64,000 bases of DNA, taken from NCBI GenBank assembly GCA_964491925.1, contig CAZBGZ010000003.1, positions 22,234 to 86,233 on the forward strand, written 5' to 3'. Origin of the DNA: an uncultured Candidatus Saccharibacteria bacterium. Its GTDB lineage: Bacteria > Patescibacteriota > Saccharimonadia > Saccharimonadales > JAGQNJ01. A model generated the notes under the pieces. That model was given only the letters and a program-made list of their open reading frames with translations, was not told the DNA's origin and did no database searches. Within the stretch, counting starts at the first letter, position 1, and each line of letters starts with the position of its first letter. Below are positions 28,584 through 37,719 of this stretch, in pieces. A program made the translations under genes and the position numbers.

Positions 28584-28592
28584 TGGTAGAAT
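28584..28592 (+). promoter_or_regulatory. extended -10 promoter (TGgTAGAAT) of alaS
   Basis: Lies exactly 7 nt upstream of ATG 28600 with no SD sequence. Confidence 0.5.
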
Positions 28593-28599
28593 ATAACAG

Positions 28600-30492
28600 A
28601 TGAATGCACAAGAGATACGAGCGGCTTACTTAAAGTTTTTTGAAAAACGTGGGCACAAAGTGATTCCACGTGCTCCTTTGGTCCCCGACAATGACCCGAC
28701 GACGCTATTTACTGGTAGTGGTATGCAACCGTTGTTGCCATATTTGCTCGGCGAGAAACACCCAGCTGGTGTGCGACTGACCGATAGCCAAACAGTTATT
28801 CGCGTGCAAGATATTGAAGAAGTAGGCGACAATCGACACGACACTTTTTTCGAGATGTTGGGTAACTGGAGCCTAGGTGATTACTTCAAGAAGGAACAAA
28901 TCCCTTGGTTTTGGGAATTACTAACAGAGGAAATTGGCCTGGAACCTGACAAGCTTTTTATAACTTTGTTCATTGGGGATGAAAAATACAATGTCCCCAG
29001 AGACGCTGATTCTGCGGGTATTTGGAAAGATGTTTTGGGTGAAAATGATATCAAGAAAATTGAGGCCGACATGGGTAGCGAAGACGAAGCCGCCAAAAGA
29101 GGCATGAAACCGGGTGAGAAAATATTTTTCTACGATGGTTCGAAAAACTGGTGGAGTCGCTCTGGGCAGCCAGAAAATATGCCAGCTGGCGAACCGGGTG
29201 GGCCAACGACAGAAATTTTTTACGAATTTGACTTCGTAGAACATGACACAAATTACGGGAAAAATTGTCATCCAAACTGTGACTGTGGGCGGTTTGTTGA
29301 AATTGGCAACTCGGTGTTCATGGAGTATCTCAAAACAGAAAAAGGTATCGAGAAACTACCTAAACAAAACGTAGATTTTGGTGGAGGGTTGGAGCGTATC
29401 GCGATGGCTGCAATAAATAGTCCTGATGTTTTCAAGATCAGCATAATGTGGCCAATTATCGAAAAGCTAGAGAAAATTAGCGGAAAAAATTACGACTCTC
29501 ACACAACCGCTATGCGCGTAATCGCCGATCACTTACGTAGCGCAACGTGGCTAGCTGTGGACGGTGTCACGCCTAGTAACAAAGAACAGGGTTATGTTAT
29601 GCGTCGACTGCTACGCCGTGCTATTCGATTCGCCTTTGAGCTGGGTGTCGAGCAAAACTTTTTGCAAGAAGTAGTGCCAGTCATTACTCAGTTATATGAA
29701 AATGATTTTCCAGAGGTAAAGGCCAAAAAAGACGATGTAATCGAGATATTGGTACGAGAAGAAAAAGTCTTTCGCCAGACATTACGGAAGGGTGTCCGTG
29801 AGTTAAAAAAGATGTCCGAAGGCGGAAAACTGAACGGTGGCCACATATTTACACTTTACGATACTTATGGCTTCCCATCAGAACTCAGTATTGAAGAGGT
29901 GGCAATGCAGGGTTATGAAGTATCAAAAAATTGGAAAACAGAATTTGGTGAGAAGATGAAAGAACAGCGCGAGCGGAGTCAGACTGCTACGAAAGGTACG
30001 TTTAAAGGTGGCCTTGGTGGACAGACGCTGCAACACAAAAAGTACCATACTGCTACGCACTTGATGTATCAGGCCTTGCGAGATGTTTTAGGCGATCACG
30101 TTATTCAGCGCGGATCCAACATCACTGAAGAGCGACTGCGATTTGACTTTAGCCATCCTGAAAAAGTGACCCGTGAACAACTGGACAAAGTTGAAAAAAT
30201 AGTCAATGAACAGATCAAAAAAGACTTAAAAGTTACATGGCACGAATACCCTACAAAAGTTGCTCGTGAGGGAAAAGGTGCTCTGGGGCAGTTTGGTGAT
30301 CGTTACGGCGATACTGTAAAAGTCTACAAAATGATCGCCGATGGCGCCGAAAAACCATTTAGCTTTGAAATTTGCGGTGGTCCGCACGTAGACCATACTC
30401 TCCAGCTAATAGAAGACGGAAAAACTTTCAAAATCATAAAAGAAGAATCCTCATCCGCTGGAATCCGACGCATCAAAGCAGTTTTGCAATAA
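28600..30492 (+). CDS. alaS: alanine--tRNA ligase (short form lacking the C-Ala domain)
   Basis: 630 aa with an FTGSGMQP class II core and editing-domain HTATHL ... CGGPHV motifs. It ends shortly after the editing domain. Confidence 0.9.
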   Translation: MNAQEIRAAYLKFFEKRGHKVIPRAPLVPDNDPTTLFTGSGMQPLLPYLLGEKHPAGVRLTDSQTVIRVQDIEEVGDNRHDTFFEMLGNWSLGDYFKKEQIPWFWELLTEEIGLEPDKLFITLFIGDEKYNVPRDADSAGIWKDVLGENDIKKIEADMGSEDEAAKRGMKPGEKIFFYDGSKNWWSRSGQPENMPAGEPGGPTTEIFYEFDFVEHDTNYGKNCHPNCDCGRFVEIGNSVFMEYLKTEKGIEKLPKQNVDFGGGLERIAMAAINSPDVFKISIMWPIIEKLEKISGKNYDSHTTAMRVIADHLRSATWLAVDGVTPSNKEQGYVMRRLLRRAIRFAFELGVEQNFLQEVVPVITQLYENDFPEVKAKKDDVIEILVREEKVFRQTLRKGVRELKKMSEGGKLNGGHIFTLYDTYGFPSELSIEEVAMQGYEVSKNWKTEFGEKMKEQRERSQTATKGTFKGGLGGQTLQHKKYHTATHLMYQALRDVLGDHVIQRGSNITEERLRFDFSHPEKVTREQLDKVEKIVNEQIKKDLKVTWHEYPTKVAREGKGALGQFGDRYGDTVKVYKMIADGAEKPFSFEICGGPHVDHTLQLIEDGKTFKIIKEESSSAGIRRIKAVLQ

Positions 30493-30520
30493 AAGCAAAT
30501 CAGTTATAAAATAGGCGTAT

Positions 30521-31330
30521 ATGAGTTTAGAGAGTGACTTAATATCAATACGATATGTGCGAGAGCATGGTGTCCACCAGTTCGGGGCAGTCAATGGAGT
30601 GGAAGTAACCGGTATTTCTGTTCCCACCTGGGAAGATTTTGAAACTGCCCTGGATGAACTGCCACCAACAGATGGTTACATTGTTTCGCCAGAATTAATT
30701 ACATCACCAGTCCCCCTAGATCAAGTTGCAGGCATGCAAAAAACTATCGAAGAGCGAACAGAGTGGGTTCGTGACATATCCGCGCGGCATCGTTGGGCCC
30801 GCATACTTCTGGGAACAGCAACTTTTGACCCAGTAGAAGAATTACCACGAAACAGTGTTCTGTCTTTGTTCGGGGGCAACGAGATAGGCAGACAACATAA
30901 AATCGGTGCCGCACAAGGCGAAGGTACATATTTTCATTACGACTGGAATCTAGAAAAGCCAGGTAGAGCACTTGATATTGATAGCCAAAGACTACTAATT
31001 TGTGCAGATATGGCCGAGGCGGCAGGAGCGGCCGTACTAGCCAGTCAACCAAATTTTGGTCACAGGCGAGAACGGGCAGACAGAATTATTCCTCCGGCAG
31101 CAAGGACTATAATCGCTGTTAACTGTTGGGCTGTTCCGATATCAGATAGGAGAATAACTGCGTCACCACGGGTTATTGAAAATGTATGTCAGAAATCACT
31201 AGACGGTGTCACCAGAACTATCTTTGCTTCATTCCCTGCGCTTAGAGAATTAATTATGGTCGATCGGGCAATCCCAGAATTAGGGACCCGCCCATTTAAT
31301 GCCCATTTTAAACGTTTATCCATTAACTAG
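30521..31330 (+). CDS. hypothetical protein (weak nitrilase-superfamily-like pattern)
   Basis: 269 aa. RQHKIG and LLICADMAE weakly recall the K and C of the CN-hydrolase triad. Low confidence. Confidence 0.45.
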   Translation: MSLESDLISIRYVREHGVHQFGAVNGVEVTGISVPTWEDFETALDELPPTDGYIVSPELITSPVPLDQVAGMQKTIEERTEWVRDISARHRWARILLGTATFDPVEELPRNSVLSLFGGNEIGRQHKIGAAQGEGTYFHYDWNLEKPGRALDIDSQRLLICADMAEAAGAAVLASQPNFGHRRERADRIIPPAARTIIAVNCWAVPISDRRITASPRVIENVCQKSLDGVTRTIFASFPALRELIMVDRAIPELGTRPFNAHFKRLSIN

Positions 31331-31366
31331 ACTGTTTGTGCTCATGGTATAATTACCACAGTAGTT

Positions 31367-32662
31367 ATGCTTGATAAAATAAAGAAGTTAAAACATTCTG
31401 CGCTAGGACACACGCCGTCGAAACCGAGCTCGGATAAATATATCGTTGCCCTCGACGTAGGCACAGAGTATGTAAAGGCATTGATTGCCAGAATGACCAC
31501 CGAAGGCGGCGCCGAGATAATCGGAGTCGGACGGGCACACCAGGGCCTGGGCGACATGCAGGCCGGTGCTATTGCTGATATTTCCGGGGTTGTAGCTAAC
31601 TGCGACAAGGCGCTGTCGATTGCTGAGCAACAGGCCGGTGTTAGCGCAAGAACAGTCATTATTGGTATTGCTGGCGAGTTAGTAAAAGGAACCACGACCA
31701 CCGTCAGATGCAAGCGGGTAGATGCTGAAAAACCACTAGATATTGAAGAAGTCGAAAAAATTATCAAAATTGTTCAAAAACGAGCCGAAGAAAAGGCCCG
31801 CAAACAATTGGCCTGGGAATTAGGTGGAAAAGAAGTAGAAATTCGCTTGGTTAACAGCGCATTGGTAGGAATCGAAATAGATGGCTATAAGGTTACTAAT
31901 CCACTGGGTTTTCAAGGCAAAGACGTAGTTGTTCAGCTATATACTGCATTTGCTCCGTTGATACACATTGGGGCTTTAGAAAGAACCAGCCAAGAATTGG
32001 ACCTTGATTTGCTGGCTGTAGCAGCCGAGCCCTTTGCCGTTGCAAGGTCTGTCATTGGCGACGATGGCAACACGAATATGAGTGCAATACTTATGGATGT
32101 GGGCGGTGGTACTACCGATATAGCTGTTATTAACGATGGCGGGGTACAGGGCACTAAAATGTTTGGTATTGGCGGCCGGGCTTACACTAGGTCAATAGAG
32201 CGCGAAATGGATATTCCTTTTGATAAAGCCGAGAACCTGAAAATGGCATTGGCTGACCCCAATCACCCTGCAAAAGAAAACAAGAGCGTCGTAAATGCAC
32301 TAGAAAAAACACTAGGTGTCTGGATCAAGGGCGTAGAGTTAGCACTGAGCGAATTTGACCAATTAGATCATTTGCCGCAGAAAATGCTACTGTGTGGCGG
32401 TGGATCATCACTAGAAATGCTGGTCCATGATTTGAATAATACTGATTGGTATCGCGGTTTACCATTTACTAAAAAGCCCAAAGTCCAACATATTCAGCCT
32501 AATCAGGTGGTGGGGATTATTGACAAAACAGGCGATGTAACTGATCATACTTTCATAACCGCTATGGGGTTGCTGCGCGTCGGATTGGACACACTACAAC
32601 AAGAATTAGATGGACCCAGCGGTTCAGTAAAAGAACGCATTGATAGGATTCTAAAGGTTTAA
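31367..32662 (+). CDS. ftsA: cell division protein FtsA-like (actin/HSP70 fold)
   Basis: 431 aa with IVALDVGTEYVK, VIIGIAGELVKG and MDVGGGTTDIAV phosphate-binding motifs. Confidence 0.7.
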   Translation: MLDKIKKLKHSALGHTPSKPSSDKYIVALDVGTEYVKALIARMTTEGGAEIIGVGRAHQGLGDMQAGAIADISGVVANCDKALSIAEQQAGVSARTVIIGIAGELVKGTTTTVRCKRVDAEKPLDIEEVEKIIKIVQKRAEEKARKQLAWELGGKEVEIRLVNSALVGIEIDGYKVTNPLGFQGKDVVVQLYTAFAPLIHIGALERTSQELDLDLLAVAAEPFAVARSVIGDDGNTNMSAILMDVGGGTTDIAVINDGGVQGTKMFGIGGRAYTRSIEREMDIPFDKAENLKMALADPNHPAKENKSVVNALEKTLGVWIKGVELALSEFDQLDHLPQKMLLCGGGSSLEMLVHDLNNTDWYRGLPFTKKPKVQHIQPNQVVGIIDKTGDVTDHTFITAMGLLRVGLDTLQQELDGPSGSVKERIDRILKV

Positions 32663-32665
32663 CAG

Positions 32666-34324
32666 ATGGCTGATAGCTCTAAAGATACAATCTACATAGA
32701 TGTTGACGACGAAATCACGGCGATAATAGACAAATTACAGTCTAGCGATTCTAAAATCGTAGCACTTGTCTTGCCAAAACGTGCCGTGGCGTTGCAGAGC
32801 ATCGTTAACATGAAGCTGTTAAAGAGAACGGCCGATGAGTCTGGAAAGCATCCGGTGCTTATTACCTCTGAAGCTGGACTTTTGCCTATCGCTGGCGCTA
32901 CTGGGCTGTATGTTGCCAAAAATCTCCAATCAAAGCCCGAAATACCGAATGCTCCTGATGACCGGATTGATGAAAACGAAGAGATAGAAGCTGATGTTGA
33001 GGATCCTGTAATTGATAGAAAAGCACCTGTTGGAGTTCTAGCGGGCGCAGCAGCTGCAGGGGCAATAGACATGAACGAAGAACAGGTATCTGCTGCAAGT
33101 GAACCAGCTACTAGTCCACCGAAAACTGCTAAAAAAAGCAAATCCAAGGGTGCAAAGAACCCTAAAATACCCAATTTTGAGAAGTTTCGTAAAAAACTGT
33201 TCATAATAATTGGTGCAGGTATTGCATTGATTGTTTTGTGGTATCTGGCGTTTTTTGTTGCTCCTAGCGCATCTATAACGATAGAAACAGATGCCCAACC
33301 GATTGATACTAGTCTAGAAATTACCGCTAGCCCATCTACTACCGAATTAAACGAGTCTGACAACATTGCCCCATCAAAACTAGCTGAGAAAAAAGAAGAG
33401 GATTCTCAGGAGGTCCCAGCTACTGGCCAGAAAGACCTCAGCGCTAAAGCATCGGGAGTCGTCACGATACGTCAACGGTGCGATGATGTAGGCAACGGAT
33501 TTATAACGGTGCCAGCAGGAACAGGTGTTAGTGCAAATGGTCTTACATACATAACCCAATCAAACACAACTATAAACAATACAGACGTCGGCGGTGGAAA
33601 TTGTTTTTCAGGATTAACAAAAGTTGTTGCACAAAAAAACGGTGAACAATACAATGTCGGTGCTGCAAGCTACACAGTATCTGGATACTCTAGCCTTAGC
33701 GCTACTGGAACAGCAATGACAGGCGGAATCAGTAAAACAATAAAAGTTGTTAGTGATCAGGATGTTGATTCGGCTAAGGGCAAAATGGACGTTAAAGACG
33801 ATGCTATAAAAACAGATTTGAAACAACAACTAGAGGATGCCGGCTATTACGCAATCACAGATAGCTTCAAAAAGTCTAATGAAAACACTGACGTTAGTCC
33901 CGGGGTTGGGCAAGAAGCAACCAATGTGAAAGTAAGCTATAGTGCCGACTTTAGTATGGTTGGAATAAAACGAGATGATTTGAAAAAACTCATCACTGCC
34001 AGCATGAAAGACAAAATCGATACAGAAAAACAGACTATTCAGGACGATGGTATCGATACTGCCAAGTTTGTAATCAAAGAAACCAAGCCCAACGGAGATA
34101 CGGTTATTGCGATAGATACCACTGCTTTGGTTGGCCCAGATATTGATCAAGAGCAGCTGAAAACCGACATAGCTGGTAAAAAGAGCGGCGAAACAGAGAA
34201 CATCATCAAAGAATTCCCAGGAGTCAAAGAGGCTCAAGTCAAATATAGTCCGTTCTGGGTTTCGCGTACACCAAAGAAAGTTGCCAAGATTAATTTAGTT
34301 TTCACCTCCACAAAAAACAACTAA
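32666..34324 (+). CDS. hypothetical single-pass membrane protein downstream of ftsA
   Basis: 552 aa. Cytoplasmic N-domain, then the TM helix LFIIIGAGIALIVLWYLAFFV, then a large extracytoplasmic part. Confidence 0.55.
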   Translation: MADSSKDTIYIDVDDEITAIIDKLQSSDSKIVALVLPKRAVALQSIVNMKLLKRTADESGKHPVLITSEAGLLPIAGATGLYVAKNLQSKPEIPNAPDDRIDENEEIEADVEDPVIDRKAPVGVLAGAAAAGAIDMNEEQVSAASEPATSPPKTAKKSKSKGAKNPKIPNFEKFRKKLFIIIGAGIALIVLWYLAFFVAPSASITIETDAQPIDTSLEITASPSTTELNESDNIAPSKLAEKKEEDSQEVPATGQKDLSAKASGVVTIRQRCDDVGNGFITVPAGTGVSANGLTYITQSNTTINNTDVGGGNCFSGLTKVVAQKNGEQYNVGAASYTVSGYSSLSATGTAMTGGISKTIKVVSDQDVDSAKGKMDVKDDAIKTDLKQQLEDAGYYAITDSFKKSNENTDVSPGVGQEATNVKVSYSADFSMVGIKRDDLKKLITASMKDKIDTEKQTIQDDGIDTAKFVIKETKPNGDTVIAIDTTALVGPDIDQEQLKTDIAGKKSGETENIIKEFPGVKEAQVKYSPFWVSRTPKKVAKINLVFTSTKNN

Positions 34325-34325
34325 T

Positions 34326-34751
34326 ATGAGTGTCGGCAACCTTCTGGCTTTGGATATTGGTGAAAAGCGGATTGGCATTGCCCGGGCTAACGGAGTAGCG
34401 TTGATAGCTGAGGCTTTGGTAACTTTAGGCAATGACAAAAGCTTTTCGACTAAGTTACAAGAACTAGTTAGCAGTGAAGGCGCCACTACATTAGTCATCG
34501 GACTGCCGCGCAATCTGAATGGTCAAGATACTGCACAGACGCAATATGTCCGGGAATTTGTGTCTAATATGAATATTGATTCTGGCGTTAAAGTCGTGTT
34601 TCAGGATGAAGCTACTAGTTCTATTAAGGCCGAAGATTTCCTGAAATCACAAAAAAAGCCGTACTCAAAGGCCGACATCGATTCTCAGGCCGCTAAGGTG
34701 ATTTTGCAAGATTACATGGATTCAGTCATACTTACAGGGGCCAGCCGGTAA
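34326..34751 (+). CDS. ruvX: Holliday-junction-resolvase-like pre-16S rRNA nuclease YqgF
   Basis: 141 aa with LALDIGEKRIGIA and GLPRNLNGQD. Confidence 0.85.
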   Translation: MSVGNLLALDIGEKRIGIARANGVALIAEALVTLGNDKSFSTKLQELVSSEGATTLVIGLPRNLNGQDTAQTQYVREFVSNMNIDSGVKVVFQDEATSSIKAEDFLKSQKKPYSKADIDSQAAKVILQDYMDSVILTGASR

Positions 34752-35801
34752 ATGATTATGAAGAAATTGAATTCTAAACGAAACTCAAGAAAAAAAACTC
34801 TACTTGTCGGCGTTATTTTTCTATTTATAGTTTTGGTGATTGGTGCAGCTGCTTTTGTACACAATATTTATAACCAAGCTCTAAAACCTGTCAGTAAGTC
34901 TCAGAATATTGTTCTGGTCGAGATCCCATCTGGTTATTCTACCCAGGCTATATCAAAAACTTTGAAAGAAAAAGGTGTAATAAAGGAGAGTTGGGCCTTT
35001 GAATGGTACGTGCGCAATAGCCCATTGCGAGAAGATCTCAAAGCCGGTAGTTATGCACTCCGACCCAGCCAAACTGTACCAGAAATTGTAACAATACTAG
35101 CGAAAGGGATTGTTGCCACTGATCTAGTAACAATTTTGCCAGGGCAACGTATAGATCAGGTTGAGGCGACTCTAATCAACAGCGGCTTCAAGCCAAAGGA
35201 CGTAGTTGAGGCATTGCGACCACAGAACTACAAGAACCATCCAGCACTTGTTGATAAGCCAGTGAAGGCAAGCCTGGAAGGCTATTTGTACCCAGAATCT
35301 TTTCAAAAAACTGCTCAAACGTCAGCCAAAGACATAGTTACTGCGTCTCTAGACGAGATGCAAAAAAGACTCACCCCTGCAGTACGCGAAGGTATTACGC
35401 GCCAGGGCCTAACTGTTCATGAGGGCATTATCCTCGCATCAATAATTGAGCAAGAGGTAGCAAAAGATACAGATAGGGCAGTTGTGGCGCAAATATTCTT
35501 AAAGCGCCTACGGTCTGGTGGGCCATTACAGTCAGATGTTACGGTACTGTATGGTGCCATAGCTGATGGAAAAACTCCTAGCTTAACTTATGACTCTCGT
35601 TATAACACCTTTAAACACACTGGACTTCCGGTCGGTCCAATTAGCAATGTAACTGATCACTCACTTGATGCGGTAAGGAAACCAGCCAAAACAGATCATT
35701 TATATTTCGTTGCTGGCGATAATGGCAAGACCTATTTTGCTGACACGCTAGAACAGCATCAAGCAAATGTTGATAAATATTGTAAAATACTGTGTAATTA
35801 G
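34752..35801 (+). CDS. mltG: endolytic murein transglycosylase MltG (YceG-like)
   Basis: 349 aa with an N-terminal TM, plus LASIIEQEV and YNTFKHTGLPVGPISN. Confidence 0.85.
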   Translation: MIMKKLNSKRNSRKKTLLVGVIFLFIVLVIGAAAFVHNIYNQALKPVSKSQNIVLVEIPSGYSTQAISKTLKEKGVIKESWAFEWYVRNSPLREDLKAGSYALRPSQTVPEIVTILAKGIVATDLVTILPGQRIDQVEATLINSGFKPKDVVEALRPQNYKNHPALVDKPVKASLEGYLYPESFQKTAQTSAKDIVTASLDEMQKRLTPAVREGITRQGLTVHEGIILASIIEQEVAKDTDRAVVAQIFLKRLRSGGPLQSDVTVLYGAIADGKTPSLTYDSRYNTFKHTGLPVGPISNVTDHSLDAVRKPAKTDHLYFVAGDNGKTYFADTLEQHQANVDKYCKILCN

Positions 35802-36018
35802 TATATTTACAGGGGTAGAATTAGCTCAAAAAGCATTGCTTTTTGTTGACCGAGTATGCTATAATCGGGGTTACGATTTAAAACTGAAGTTATATGTTTT
35901 AACAGAGGTAAGAATCGTCTACAAACCGATAATTAGCGAAAAAATTAGAGAAACCCTTTTTAGGTCGAGTTTCTCGAGAAAAGTCATTAACAACGGTTTA
36001 TAGTGTAAGGCGTAAGCC

Positions 36019-37173
36019 TTGGAGGCTGGTATTCGTACCACTGAAGCTCTCAATCAAGAAATTTCAGCTCGTTTGAGCACAATACAGACAGATATCAAGC
36101 ATAACCGCTGGTATCGTAGAATGCTTGCCAAAAAGAATCGGGGCAAACTGGTTCGCTATTCCTTATTGGCTAGTAATGCCTTATTGCTTGTGGTTGTAGT
36201 TGCATTTGTTGCCCAAAATCCACAGACCAGTGGTACTGGCGTAAGTAACGCTATTTTGAATACTTCTCAGTCTGAGGAAGTCGTAAATCCGCTAGACGCA
36301 TTATCGTCTGCGGATATTGCCGTAAATATCGCGAAAACTGCTGGCCTACCAGAAACAAGCTCGGTAGCGAATAAAGCCGACACCGTTAACGCCCAGTTGG
36401 CAATAGCTCCGTCAGACAATATAGTCGCTGCAAAACCTCAAGTAATTGCAACGGCGCTAAAATCTCGTGCCGATATCCAATTTTATACTGTTCAAAAAGG
36501 TGACACCGTACCAAGCATTGCTGAAAAATTCGGCGTTACGTCTGACACAATACGTTGGTCTAATGACTTGGATGGTGACACCGTTAGTGTCGGCACAAAA
36601 CTCGTAATTTCGCCGATAGATGGTATTGCCTACAAGGTCCGTCCCGGGGAATCCGTAAACGAAATTATCTCTAAATACAGAGTAGATAAAGCTCAGGTAG
36701 TGACTTTTAACGATATTGAAACTGGTGGTTTACCAGTAGGGCAGTACATAATTCTGCCAAGCGCTAAGCCCGCAACCGTGGCGGCTACTCCGTCCGTAGA
36801 AAACGTTGCCTCAACTGGCGGTTTTGCTTGGGGCGGCTTCTCTGCCCAATATGATAAAAGCAACGGCTATGATTATGGTTACTGTACATGGTACGCAAAA
36901 ACCCGTCGTCCTGATTTGCCTAACAACCTAGGTAATGCCAGTACCTGGAAGATATTGGCTCAGCGTGCAGGATTTAGTGTTGGTAACAGCCCAAGAGCCG
37001 GTGCTGTCATCTGGACCCCACCTCGCGACTATTATGGTCATGTTGGATATGTCGAAAGGGTAAACTCTGACGGTAGTGTTGAAGTGTCAGAAATGAACGT
37101 TGCCGGTTTCGGTGTTTTGTCCCACAAGAAACTTTCTGCTTCTCAAGCCGCTGCATACGGCTACATATACTAG
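36019..37173 (+). CDS. LysM + CHAP domain peptidoglycan hydrolase
   Basis: Two LysM repeats (YTVQKGDTVPSIAEKFGV; YKVRPGESVNEIISKY). C-terminal CHAP domain (GYCTWYAK ... GHVGYVE). The start is uncertain: TTG 36019 or ATG 36121. Confidence 0.75.
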   Translation: MEAGIRTTEALNQEISARLSTIQTDIKHNRWYRRMLAKKNRGKLVRYSLLASNALLLVVVVAFVAQNPQTSGTGVSNAILNTSQSEEVVNPLDALSSADIAVNIAKTAGLPETSSVANKADTVNAQLAIAPSDNIVAAKPQVIATALKSRADIQFYTVQKGDTVPSIAEKFGVTSDTIRWSNDLDGDTVSVGTKLVISPIDGIAYKVRPGESVNEIISKYRVDKAQVVTFNDIETGGLPVGQYIILPSAKPATVAATPSVENVASTGGFAWGGFSAQYDKSNGYDYGYCTWYAKTRRPDLPNNLGNASTWKILAQRAGFSVGNSPRAGAVIWTPPRDYYGHVGYVERVNSDGSVEVSEMNVAGFGVLSHKKLSASQAAAYGYIY

Positions 37174-37197
37174 ATCACTGATATACTTAAGTGAGCA

Positions 37198-37650
37198 ATG
37201 AGAACAATCAAAAGAGATATAGTCGGGGCGTTTATTTTTTCCAAAGATAATAAAATCCTATTAGGAAAGAGTATAAAGGGTGGCGTATACCCGGATTTAT
37301 GGGTTGTACCTGGGGGCGGAATAAATCACGGTGAAAAAAAGATAGATGCAGTAAAGCGCGAATTAAAAGAAGAGGTCGGTTTATTAATAAAAAATGAACA
37401 GATTACTGAGGTAGGAGGACATTCTACTGGTAAAAGTGAAAAAACATTGCGCGACACCAAGGAAAGAGTGATGGTGAACATGACTTTTTACGATTACATT
37501 ATTGATTTACCTATTAACTCTGAAGATGCAAAGGTAGTCTGCGATGATGACTTCGTGAGTGCGAAGTGGTTTTATGCTAGTGAAGTTAAAGCCATGAAGT
37601 TGGGACCAGCCACAATGGCTCGATTGAAAAGTATCAATTTTATAGACTGA
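37198..37650 (+). CDS. NUDIX hydrolase
   Basis: Nudix box GGGINHGEKKIDAVKRELKEEVGL. Confidence 0.75.
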   Translation: MRTIKRDIVGAFIFSKDNKILLGKSIKGGVYPDLWVVPGGGINHGEKKIDAVKRELKEEVGLLIKNEQITEVGGHSTGKSEKTLRDTKERVMVNMTFYDYIIDLPINSEDAKVVCDDDFVSAKWFYASEVKAMKLGPATMARLKSINFID

Positions 37651-37719
37651 TCCAGGTAAACTACATGCATTTGCCGCCCTCTGGACAACAGAGGTGGATG
37701 ATGAGACACTAGGGATAGT

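Noticed and set aside
35767-36003. 78-aa ORF bridging the mltG stop and the LysM-CHAP leader.
   Set aside because: It overlaps mltG and contains the TGcTATAAT promoter of the next gene. The translation is low-complexity. It is likely spurious.
35876-36018. c-di-AMP (ydaO-type) riboswitch upstream of the LysM-CHAP hydrolase.
   Set aside because: Only trivial GAATC and CCGA matches were found. None of the GGGGA/ACGGGG-type conserved cores I recall for that family is present.
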